DNA from: Cirrosporium novae-zelandiae
Lineage: Eukaryota
NCBI GenBank assembly: GCA_026023565.1
Contig: JAPETS010000006.1
Location: forward strand, 868,001 to 932,000
DNA length: 64,000 bases
Reading direction: 5' to 3'
The translations under genes and the position numbers were made by a program. Positions 49,134-59,631 of this stretch are shown here, in pieces (position 1 is the stretch's first letter; every line of letters begins with the position of its first letter). The notes below the pieces were generated by a model. It searched no databases. It was not told the DNA's origin and saw only the letters and a program-made list of their open reading frames with translations.

Positions 49134-51723
49134 TTGCTTCGGCCAATCGAAAAACTGGAGCTACCGTCGATTTCCCAAGTGCAAGCCTTGGGCGTCTCGC
49201 CTGTTCCTTTGTACAATCCTCACGCTGCAGAGAACATACCTTTATCTCGACAGAGGTTACCCAACATTTGTCTACCACAGGGTTGGGGACAGTCGCTGTC
49301 GTCCAAGACCTTTGGCGAGATCAACCTAATTGATCCCTTTGCCGCTGCCGGCCAGAGACTCGCAAAGGCCTTTTCGAGACCTCCAGCCGGCGATCTTCAA
49401 TCGACAGATCTGCCAGTGGAGGAGGCTTCCCAGGGTGGAACTGAATTTGTTCCGAGCTCAATGGGTGATCCTCAGCAGCCAGCCTCTTTACCGCAGGAAC
49501 AATCACTCGGAGGCGCTCCAGTGTACGGTGCAAACGCAATGAACCAAACCCAGCCTTACATGGACATGCATTCTTCGCACATGTCAACTGCGCAGTCATA
49601 TCCACCCCAGTCCACCACTGCCGGTACCATGCAGCAGCATTATCAACAGTACCAACAGCCGCCTGTACTGCAGCCCAGCTCTGCTTATCCAGGACCTCCT
49701 TCGGCGTACAGTCAATACAGCAGCTATGGCAATGGCACAACATCTCCGCAGACGGCGTTACAGCAACCCTCGGCTTCAATGACCCAATTGCATCCTTTAC
49801 CAGGCGAGTATTTCTATATTCTAGAGACTGCTAGCCTCAAACGCTAATACAAATGCCCTGGCAGCCATGACCACCGCGCCTTCTCTTGCCTATGCCGGTC
49901 CGGGACAACCAACTCCAGGCTATTCGGCCCGTGCCTTTGATCCAACCGGGCAGACTGGCCCGCCGGGAGTAAAACCGAGAGTAACGGCCACATTATGGGA
50001 AGATGAAGGAACTCTATGCTTTCAGGTTGAAGCCAGAGGGGTGTGCGTTGCACGACGGGAAGGTACGTTTCCTACCTGCTTGCATATCAATCTGCCGCCG
50101 TTCTCGAGATTAATAATGTTGTATGACCTGCACCTCGCTAACTATAATGCAGATAATCATTTTGTTAATGGTACAAAGTTGTTGAATGTTGCGCAGATGA
50201 CAAGAGGTCGACGAGATGGTATATTGAAGAGCGAGAAGACCCGTACTGTCGTTAAGATTGGGCCCATGCATCTGAAAGGTGTCTGGTCAGTATCCCCGGA
50301 GACGATAAATTTTTGAGCCTGGCTCACCATCAACAGGATCCCCTATGAACGTGCGCTAGAATTTGCCAATAAAGAGAAAATCACTGAAGACTTGTATCCG
50401 CTATTTGTATACAACATTGGTGCCCTGCTCTACCAACCGCAAAATCAGGCTCCAGGCCTGAGGCCGGGTGGCACCAGATCTATTACAGATCGACAAAAGC
50501 TTGAGGCTCAATCACAGCCCGTTCGTCCGGGGCAAAGCACTCAACCTCCAACGCTACATCATCATCATTCGATGAGCAATTCAATAAGCTCTCAAGTCTC
50601 GCAACCTTCTAATGCCTTGGTGCCTGCTGGGCGACCGGGAATCGATCGAGCACACACGTTTCCCACCCCTCCAACCAGTGCGTCAAGCACCCTGACCATG
50701 AATAATCAAAGTAGCTCTTATGAATGGGGAGGTCAGAGCATGTCTGGGAACGTTCAAGGTAGCCAACCTCTCTCCATTGATACCGGATTAAGTAACGCAC
50801 GCTCCATGCCAGCCACACCCGCAACAACCCCTCCCGGGAATAACATCCAAGGAATGCAGCCGTATCAAGGTCAGCAGGCTTATGATGCTTCAAGGACCAT
50901 GTACACTGCTCCTCCCCCACAACCTGCACAATATGCCGCTCACCAAAATGTGACAACTCAAAATATCGCAAGGTACGGGCAGCCAATGCCAGCTTCGTAC
51001 GTCAAAACAGAGATGGCTCCTCCAACGCGATCAACCACCGGGGCTGAGAACGAGCAAGTCCAAGAGCCAAAGACCGAGCCATACGTTCACACCCAAGCGA
51101 ACGATCAACTTGACCATGGTGTCGGCGAACCGCCGGCAGACCATGCCACAGAGCCCGATTATTTGCACGACAACAGTGCAACGTACAGCAATACTCGTAG
51201 TTCATATAATTATAATGCTGCCCCCTCCCTCGCTTCACTACAGGGAGAGCCTCAACACCTCTCCCCTGAATTAACGAATTCACCGTCTCACCAAAATGGG
51301 TCTGGACGTGTGACCCCTAGAACGCAGTCGACGAGCCAATCCCAGTGGAATACTGATTATCAAACACCCCCCCGGATACCGGGGGCGAGCAACCTATACA
51401 GCATCACAAGTGATACGCGAGGCTCGGCTGCTAATGGGAATAGTGTAGATGCTTATCCCACACAAAATTTAAATGGAACCACATCTTCTGTCTACCCGTC
51501 GCCCCTGAATGGCTCCTTGGCAGGCTCCAAACGTCTGCGGGAAGATGACGATCAAAGCTCTAGATTGGTGACTGATGACTATGATGCCATTAAACGGCGC
51601 AAAACTATCCGAGAAGGTAGTGTCGGTGGTCCCGTTGGCGGGATTGCCGCTGGCACGTATAGTAGAGATGCTAGTGGGGCTTTGAATCGTTCCAAAAGCA
51701 CCATAGTGCCACGTCGACGTTGA
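49134..51723 (+). CDS. stuA: APSES-domain developmental regulator StuA (Asm-1/Efg1/Sok2 family), 4 coding exons; start uncertain (TTG 49134, ATG 49461 or ATG 49539)
   Basis: [59 protein letters not shown]...[49 protein letters not shown]. Introns 49804-49864 (GC-AG), 50063-50152, 50286-50336. Confidence 0.95.
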
Positions 51724-52467
51724 GTTAACCTACGGCACCGTCCCGTTATTCTTGGTACCATTCCAAGCGTCAGATGCATCCCCAGATAACATCCCCAGAC
51801 TACATTCATTCTATACAATTTGAGGCCTTTTGGTTTTCTTGGCGCACTGAGGTTGTCGCTGTTTCTACAGGGGTAAATTATAGGAAATATGAGTTATGAA
51901 ATTTAATCCTAAAGAATAAAGGATCGGAGGATTTTTCGAGAACGTGATTCGGGCACAGGATCTGGAGATGAGAGACCCTTAGACCGAGGAGTGAACTATG
52001 TTTCTAGTCCTCTCAGCCCTTTGATCAACAATTACGACCTTATCGCCATTCCTTGATCAACTTTCATTTGTGCTTTGCCTCTAATGTGATTCCGCATATT
52101 AACGATATTACGACCATGACATTTTCTTCTACTCTTCCTTTTTTTTTCCGATGAAACGACTCCTCCACCAACTTTGATGACACAAAAAGGTGTGATGATT
52201 TTTTTAACGAAATACGTAGTCCCATTTCAAAGGGATTGAACGTTTTTTCGATGGACTGAGATATGGATGTGATGGCTGTGATGGATCAATGTACGAAGTA
52301 TGCTACGTGATTTTGACTGGGAGGTTCATATAGCGTGCATGTGAGTGATGATTGAGAAAATACAAAAGCAAATTTTTTAAATTTTGAAGCGTTCCAATTT
52401 TTATTGAACGTTTGGGTATTGGGTTTGCAGGGTGAGGTAGAAATGAGAGCGACCAGACTGTTATGGG

Positions 52468-52498
52468 TACTACTACTACGACTACTACTACTACTACG

Positions 52499-52544
<46 letters not shown>
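52468..52544. repeat. (CTA/TAC)n microsatellite, ~25 units with two GAC interruptions
   Basis: Directly visible. Confidence 0.95.
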
Positions 52545-52950
52545 GTAAGCTTATATAGCTAAATAGGGTTACCTTCTTTAACTAGCGGGTAACCACGTCC
52601 TTTTAGTCTAAGCGTTAAGATATTTAGCTTAGTCTAATCCTTAACATTGATGAAGGACAAAATCCAATCAAACGCTAGATCAATACGCTTATATCAAAAT
52701 GTAAACACATTCCCTATTTTGGTCTTTTAGTTCTCTTCTTTATCTAATATCAACACTCACGACAGAGGAGGTACAACCACAACCCAACAGCCTCCTAATA
52801 ACGAACATGATGAACATAACGAGATGACGAGATGACGAGATAACGAGCAATCCAGCAACGAAAATTTTCAAAGTATCGAGAGAATAACAATAGCAATAAC
52901 AATTATTCCCCCGATTATTTACACCATCATTTCTGCACAAGAAACAAAGA

Positions 52951-53993
52951 ATGCCGCCCCAACGCCACAACAAGCTCTCACGAGTTGCCCAACCAACCCG
53001 CCACATCTTTGATCCTTGGAATTCCGCCTCCACAGGCCATCAACGCTCCGACGGCAATCCATTATCTGGGTCAACATCATGGAGGGAGTCGCGAGATCGA
53101 AAGCTTGGATATCAGTTTAGAAGCGGGGGTAGTGGGGGTCCGAGGATCTATGATAGCATGGGCGCCGGCAGCGAGAATTTTAGGAGAGATGGGAGATTGG
53201 AAAATGGTGGATGGGTGAGAGGGGCTAGTGGGTTGAGGGCAAAGGGGCAGAGGAGTTTGAAGGAGATGTTGGGGGGGGTGGGGAAGGTTGGTTTGGAGGA
53301 TGTGAGTGGTAAGAAGGGGGGGGGTATAGTTGATGCAGTGGATATTGAAAGAGACAACAATAGCAACGGCAACGGCAACAACAACAACAACAACAACAAC
53401 ATCAACAATAACAACATCAACAATAACAAGAACAACAATAACAGGAACAACAATAACAGGAACAACAACACCATACCCACCAAAAAAGAACCCATCAACA
53501 CCCAAACAAGATCCACCTCTAAAAAAATCATCTTCTTAGGCCTCTGCATCTACATCAACGGCTCCACCATGCCCCACATCAGTGACCACAAACTAAAACG
53601 CCTCCTCTCCGAAAACGGTGCCACCCTCACCCTCAGCCTACGTAGGAAATCCGTCACCCATGTTATTCTAGGAATGCCGAATACCAAAACCGCTAGAGGA
53701 GGGTGCGTGGGCGCTGGGGGAGGGTTGGCAGCAGGGAAGATTCAGAAGGAGATTCAGACTGCTGGGAGGGGTGGTGGGGTTAGGTTTGTGGGGGTAGAGT
53801 GGTTTGTTTTTCCTTCTTTTGGTTGGAGTATTTTTACTGACAATTTCGACCCGAATTGGGGTTTTATATGTATAGGGTATTAAAAAGCATTGAAGCTGGA
53901 AAGAGACTTCCCGAATCGAGATTTGAGGCGTTGAGACTTGCGGGTCCGGGACAGAGGAGTGTTAATGAAATGTTTAAGCGTGAGAAATCTTAG
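52951..53993 (+). CDS. Small BRCT-domain protein (Rev1-BRCT-like) with a poly-Asn tract, 2 exons
   Basis: FDPWNSASTGHQRS N-terminal motif; BRCT IFLGLCIYINGSTMPHISDHKLKRLL...VTHVILG...GGGLAAGKIQKEI...VGVEW|VLKSIEAGKRLPESRF. Intron ~53802-53875; stop TAG 53991-53993. Confidence 0.85.
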
Positions 53994-54090
53994 GGCGGGA
54001 TGGGATGAGAAGGGGTGTGATGGACGAGGATACTTCGACGTCAATTGATTGAATGGACTGGTTGGTAATTACGTGATATGATCTGCTCAC

Positions 54091-55308
54091 TCACTTACCC
54101 CCTTCCTCTCCAGCAATAACATCCCTAACCAATTTCAACGCCTCCACCGCAAACGCAATCATGTTCGCCTCCCTATCCCCCCCCAACCCCGTTTCAACCT
54201 CCTTCGTCCACGTCTTTCCATCTTCTCTCGCTAAACCAAGAGCCACATATCCACTATTGTAGAAATAGGAATGAATCAGCAAACAACCCTCCTTCCTAAC
54301 TTTCATCTACACGCATCCATGCACACCAGACAACAAAATCATAATCCATGAAAGAAACTTCCAATTTCACTCACGGCTTTCTATTCCTCCCACTACCACT
54401 ACCACCCGGTCCCGCAGTCCCGCTCTCAGAAACGGTATATGTGCTTCCTAGCGTCTCACGGACGTGCTTTGCGAGATTCTCGACGATTTCTGGTGTGGGG
54501 CCGTTGTAGGTTGATACGGTGGTGGGGGCCCAGCCACCGAAGGCTAGGCGGGATTCTAGGGTGTAGAGCTGTGTGGGGTTTGTGTGAATGGGTGTGTGGG
54601 GAGAGGAGGGGGGGTGTAGATGGGGAAGGGGAGAGGGAGTTGGAAGCTTACTGTAAGACCACCTTTGTAGTATTTACTGGCGCCGGGGACCGCGAGGAGG
54701 GAGGCTGAGGTTAGACCGCCTGTTGCCTGGTTGGTTGAGGGTGTTAGTGGGGGGGTTGAAAGATAGAGAAGGGATAGGAAATAGAAATAGGAAAAGATGG
54801 GATGAGATAGGATGTGATGGGATGGAATGGTGAAGCGGAGTAGAGAAGAAGACGAAGAAACCCAAGACGACGACCAAAGAAAGGGCATCTTTTTCTTATC
54901 TTCTCTTCTCTACTCTTATCTCATCTTCTCTTTACTTCTTCTATTTTTTATATTCAGATAGGGAAAAGACGAGAGGGGGGGTGTGGGGAGGGCATCCGAA
55001 TGCATGGATATAAAAACTGGGAGGCTATGGAAAGGAAAAAAAGAAAAGAAGAAAAAAAATATATGAAAAGATAAACATCCGCCAGACATCCCCTCCCCTT
55101 CCTCTCCCTCTTTCTCCCCTCTCCCTCCTCGTCTTCCATTCCGAAGCCCAAACCAAAAAACAAGAAACCATCCCATTGATCCCCCCTCCGCTCCCAAGAA
55201 AAAAGTACATACCGTCTCACAAACCGAGATCGATTCCCCCTTGCTCGTAAGCAAGGTTGCGATTTCCGCTGACAGAGTGGATAGTTCGGGGGAGGTTGGG
55301 ATGAGCAT
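54091..55308 (-). CDS. CinA C-terminal / PncC-like (NMN deamidase-like) protein, 4 exons
   Basis: ISVCET|ATGGLTSASLLAVPGASKYYKGGLT|LYTLESR...TVSESGTAGP...|GYVALGLA...DREANMIAFAVEALKL. Intron 1 55212-54727; intron 2 starts at 54651. Confidence 0.85.
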
Positions 55309-55789
55309 TTTCTTTGCTTTGAGATGGATGTTAGAGTTCGGATTGGGGTGGTAAAGATGGAAGGAAGTGGAGATGGGTTATTGGGGAGGGATATAGGTAT
55401 GGATATGGATTGGTAATGATGATGCTGATTAATACGAAGGTAGGGAAGTACTACTACATTACATAGGTACGTACCTACAACGTTTGTTCATTTACTGGTT
55501 AGTTTGAATGAGCATTTGTAATTAACCGTTCAATGATTAAAAAAAGAAAAAGAAAAAGAAAAATAAGAAAAAAAATAAGAAAAAAAATAGTTACCATCAT
55601 AATCTAAGGGAAATAATAAGGGAAGATAGATGACTGTACTATACTTCTTTAACGGGTATCTAGGTATCTAGAAATGAAAGGAAAAGCAACCAGTCAGACC
55701 CCCCACCTTGACTGTGGTAGTTTCTGCCTTTCCCATCTTTCGTACAAAGCTAATAATTAGTCTATTTGTTTTCTTTGAAAAATAGATTC

Positions 55790-56135
55790 CAACAGCCTCC
55801 TAATAACGAGCAATCCAGCAACGAAAGAAGAACAATAACAATATGTTACGCGTTACCTATTAGGCTAGACTACTAGGGCACATGCCCTAGGCTCACCTTA
55901 TAAGGTGAGCCTCCACCTTAGCTTAGACCTTCATCCAATACATTATCCACATCAGTCACACCTGGATATCAGCCTTGCTGAGCTTATATCCTAAGGCGTC
56001 GTGACACCATCATTCCTACACAAAAAAATAAAAAATACCGTCTCAACATATCCACAACAAGCCTTCACGAATCGCCCAACCAACTCGCCAAATCTTTGAT
56101 CCTTGGAACTCCGCCTCAACAGGCCATCAACGGTC
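55790..56135 (+). pseudogene. Diverged partial duplicate of the BRCT gene upstream region and 5' end, interrupted by a solo LTR
   Basis: 55790-55826 matches parts of 52785-52863; 56004-56135 matches 52921-53049 (e.g. ATCTTTGATCCTTGGAAYTCCGCCTCMACAGGCCATCAACG). The start ATG is mutated to ATA; differences are mostly transitions. Confidence 0.85.
55844..56006 (+). mobile_element. Solo LTR (163 bp)
   Basis: TGTTACG...CGTGACA termini; internal perfect palindrome AGGCTCACCTTATAAGGTGAGCCT (55889-55912) around TATAA; termini shared with 7461-7501. No target-site duplication here. Confidence 0.7.
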
Positions 56136-56245
56136 CAATATGCAAATTCACTACTATTGATGGCACTATAGCAACCACATTGTCATGAAATCATCAGATC
56201 AGGTCTTCACTTTTCCAATACCGAAATTATTTGATACTCTCGTAT

Positions 56246-56792
56246 GTGAAGGAATCCTGGACCTAGACTTTTTTCACTTCACTATCACTTCACTAATTAT
56301 TTTTTAGGGGGTGGTGTCCGCATGTCGTTTTTAAATTCACTATGTTTGATGACTCTGGGCACCTGGGAAATTGGAGATAAATATCCGGCCGATGCCTCCT
56401 CTTCCATATTTCTTCACACTCTCCTCCAATACTAAGTTATACACGCTCAAGCTCAATAACCAAAATCTATATCTTCTTTTTTCTATTGATTTTTGTTCAT
56501 AATTCTTTGATACTCTTGTGTATGGAGGCCCATATTCACTATGAAGATCCCGCGCCAAAGCCTTGACGATATTGAGATGTCCTTTAAGTGTCATAGGTGC
56601 AACCTTTTGGGTAGAATCCCTAGGGTCTATCAATGTAATAATTCGTTTCGTTGATCCTGCAGCTAATAGGCTTAGTGAGGGAATCCTAGATTTAGACTTC
56701 TTTCACTTCACTATTTTTTAGGGGGTGGTGTCCGTATATCGTTTTGAAATTTACTATATTTGATGACTCTAGGCACCTGGGAAATCAGAGAT
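56246..56792. repeat. Pair of ~120-130 bp direct repeats (56246-56377 and 56675-56792)
   Basis: Shared GGAATCCT.GA..TAGACTT.TTTCACTTCACTA...GGGGGTGGTGTCCG...TTTGATGACTCT.GGCACCTGGGAAAT; differences are almost all transitions. Confidence 0.9.
56528..56684 (-). pseudogene. Fragment of the WD40 ribosome-biogenesis gene YTM1/WDR12
   Basis: Reads PSLSLLAAGSTKRIITLIDPRDSTQKVAPMTLKGHLNIVKALARDLHSEYG, closely resembling fungal Ytm1 as I recall it (LLAAG...ITLIDPR...MTLRGH.N.V..LARDP.S.YG). No flanking remainder of the gene. Confidence 0.7.
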
Positions 56793-56949
56793 GACCAAAC
56801 GGGGTGGTTGAGTTGTGTGCTAAATACAGTCGTATTTGTTTTCACAGGATTTTCTGTCAAGATGGCTTTGGAGGATGAATTGATAGGCTGAAATCTATAT
56901 ACAAGTTACTGCATTTGAATTTATAACCCTGCGAATTTTGAAGTATACC

Positions 56950-57020
56950 GTGATCGTGGCGTGCTTGGCAATACCAAAATCACAAATTCGAATTTCAACT
57001 TCCTCTGAATCAGAACACGG
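56950..57020 (-). pseudogene. Protein kinase fragment (subdomain VII)
   Basis: Reads EVEIRICDFGIAKH (DFG motif) with no surrounding kinase subdomains. Confidence 0.55.
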
Positions 57021-57240
57021 CCTTTAGATTTTCACACCTACTTTTGTTACATGCTTGCTAGCATTTCTACAGCAGGATTTGCATACTTAAACACCAGTGA
57101 GTACATGAGGTTTACAAACTAAGCAGCCATATTTTATTAATTCATTCCGCTTATTATTAGGCAAGACGATAGTCACCTCGTTGGAAACCATTCGCGACCT
57201 CACACGGAAATTGATGATGCAAGGCATTGATATATCATGT

Positions 57241-57395
57241 ACTGTCACTCTAGACGACCCTACCGGAAATTCATGGATTGATTCTATTCCTACTGAGTGT
57301 CACTCTAGACGACCATGCTGGAAATTTATGGATCGGACCTACTTCTACTGAGAAAGGTGGCGGGAAATTGCTCTGAGAAGAGTACAATAGAACTG
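57241..57395 (+). pseudogene. ZPR1-like fragment with a 55-bp tandem duplication (57243-57297, 57298-57352)
   Basis: TVTLDDPTGNSWI and VTLDDHAGNLWIGPTSTEKGGGKLL*EEYNRT resemble the Zpr1 A-domain LDDP.GNS.I...Y.RT motif. Confidence 0.6.
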
Positions 57396-58801
57396 GGAGC
57401 CTTTACCAAGTAGAAAGGGCTACCTCAGAAGCTTTGTTAATCCCCCCTAAGGAGTGATAGCCAGAATCCGCTCCGTCAATAAGCATTAACCAACACTCAT
57501 GGGGAAAATGACCATGGGCAGGGATCGGTAGATGGGTTCAAAATTTCTCATTAAATTATTCTGGGGGGCCTAGGAATAATGAAGCATAAGAGGAGTCCTA
57601 TTCCTATATCTTTCTTTTAGCTAGGCCAATTGTTTCAAGGATGGAAACCCCGCGCTTACCATTATACTTTTTTTTATCGCTATGCAACGACACACAAAGG
57701 CGAAGCAAAACTCCCTTTCTACTCCTACACCAACTAGCCGATGAAATCGCAAGCCCCTTTTCCATAGCGAACCAGAAACCAACCATTTAAATCCTCAGCA
57801 CGCATTGAGCACATCTACCTATATTACTCTATCCTGTACCTTTTTATTTCCTTGGAGAGTACTACGCACGCGCATAATACTCAAGTTACATATACTAGCC
57901 CAAGACTATGATGAATACTTGTTTACGGCATTTGGACCACTCCTCTATAAGATAACACAAAACGCGACCGAACACATTAACGCAGCCTGGATTAGTCTTA
58001 AGAAGACCATGCGAAGGCCTATTTTACCTTTCTCACGCCGTACAGATCCACGGGACCTCTATTTAACACTTCCTAACAGTGAGCTCCCAGTAAACCGGTT
58101 CAAGAGCACCAAGTGCAATAGATTCCCCAAGTTCGCCGAAGAAAATATCTTCAAACACACCAGCAATACCGATCCCCACCCATACAATATCTCCTAGGTT
58201 AAGAGATCCCTACCCTTATAACACCCTCTAGGTTAAAGGACGATATGACCTTAAATTTGGGGTTTGTTAGGTAGGAGCTCCCTCGTCTAAGGTCTTACCT
58301 TATAAGCACCCCTCACCCTACCTCAATTTCATCTCCGTCTTCTTTTCTATATCTTATTGTGGGCGGATGCTAAAAAGTACCCCAAAGATGGCCTGGAATA
58401 ATGCGCCATGAAGCAGCATCCCTCCTCCCTCTTTGCTAGGATTATTTCAGATTTACCTAACAAACTCGCCATTTATCATTCTGGGATCAGACATTCCACA
58501 AGTATGTTGATACTTTAGGTTAAAAAACTCGAGCTAACATCATTTCTAGCTACAATGCCTGGCTCTCGAACGACCCAAGGGTCGGCGAAATTCCGTCCTT
58601 CTTTGGAATCTTCAGATCGACGTCTTACCTCAAACCATGCCTACGCCCGTGCAGACGAAGATCGTCATAGAGTTCTATAGTGTGGTGAAGCAGGGCGACA
58701 ACCCTACTTGCCTGTTCAACTAGATTGCCACATAGGTGCTAAGCGAGGGTCTACTTCATCAGAGACCCGGGGATATCTTTATTCCGTTTTGGTATAAAGC
58801 G

Positions 58802-59631
58802 TATACATAGTATGCGCGGTGTGGTTCTTTGATCGGCTAATGCGCGTGATGCGCATCTTGAAGACAGGCCTGCGCCGCGCCGAGGTTACTGACCTCGGCG
58901 AAGACTACGTCCGTATTGATGTCTAGGGCGTCCGCTGGGGTGCTGAAGCTAGTCAGCATGTCTACGTATACTTTCCGACGCTTAACCCGCTACGACCGTG
59001 GGAGAACCATCCATTCTCGTTGCTACCAACAGCGATGCTGCGCTCGTTCAATCACAGTATAAGCGCAAAGGATAGTGATAAGAGAATGGACTTGGAGCAT
59101 GATGATGTGGAGAAGTACAGGATGTCCACAAAGGCTGCGCCAGATTGTGATACCACTGCTGGTGTGACGTTCTTTGTCAAGAAGTCGACAGGCATGACCA
59201 AATCCTTGAAGGCTCATCATAGCTTGCTCACACTTCTGGACGGGTCCTATCCAAACAATTCGACAAAAGCGGCTATACAATGTGATAGGCTACTGTTGAT
59301 AGGAGGAGGTATTGGTATATCAGGGCTTCTTCCTTGGCTAATTAACCATCCGAACGTGAAGCTGTGTTGGAGTGTGAAGAAGACAGCAGAGTGCCTCGTT
59401 CAGGCCTTGAATGTGCCGCTAGGCGGAGTAACTGAGAAAGATGTGAGGGTGGGGCAGAGACTGGATATTCATACGCTTTTGAGCCAGGAGGTTGATTGTG
59501 GATGGTCAAATATTGGTGTTGTAGCATGTGGACCGGGAGGGCCCTGCGACGACGTCAGGGCAGCTGTTGTTGCAGCTGGAAAGAAAGGTCCGGCCATATT
59601 TGAGCTCGAGGCGGACGCATATTCTTGGTGA
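58802..59631 (+). pseudogene. 5'-truncated ferric reductase (FRE/NOX-like FAD and NADPH domains)
   Basis: AVWFFDRLMR, PWENHPFS, LLIGGGIGISG, VACGPGG.CDDVR, EADAYSW*. In-frame TAG at 58924-58926; the N-terminal heme/TM domain is absent. Confidence 0.85.

Noticed and set aside
52555..52630. Small stem-loop AGCTAAATA..GGTTACC/GGTAACC..TATTTAGCT as a tRNA or SINE relic
   Set aside because: No cloverleaf or A/B boxes recognisable.
57400..58340. Possible RIP-decayed retroelement or second LTR (CCTTATAA motifs at ~58214 and ~58298)
   Set aside because: No TG...CA boundaries or RT/integrase motifs could be read; left unassigned within the mosaic.
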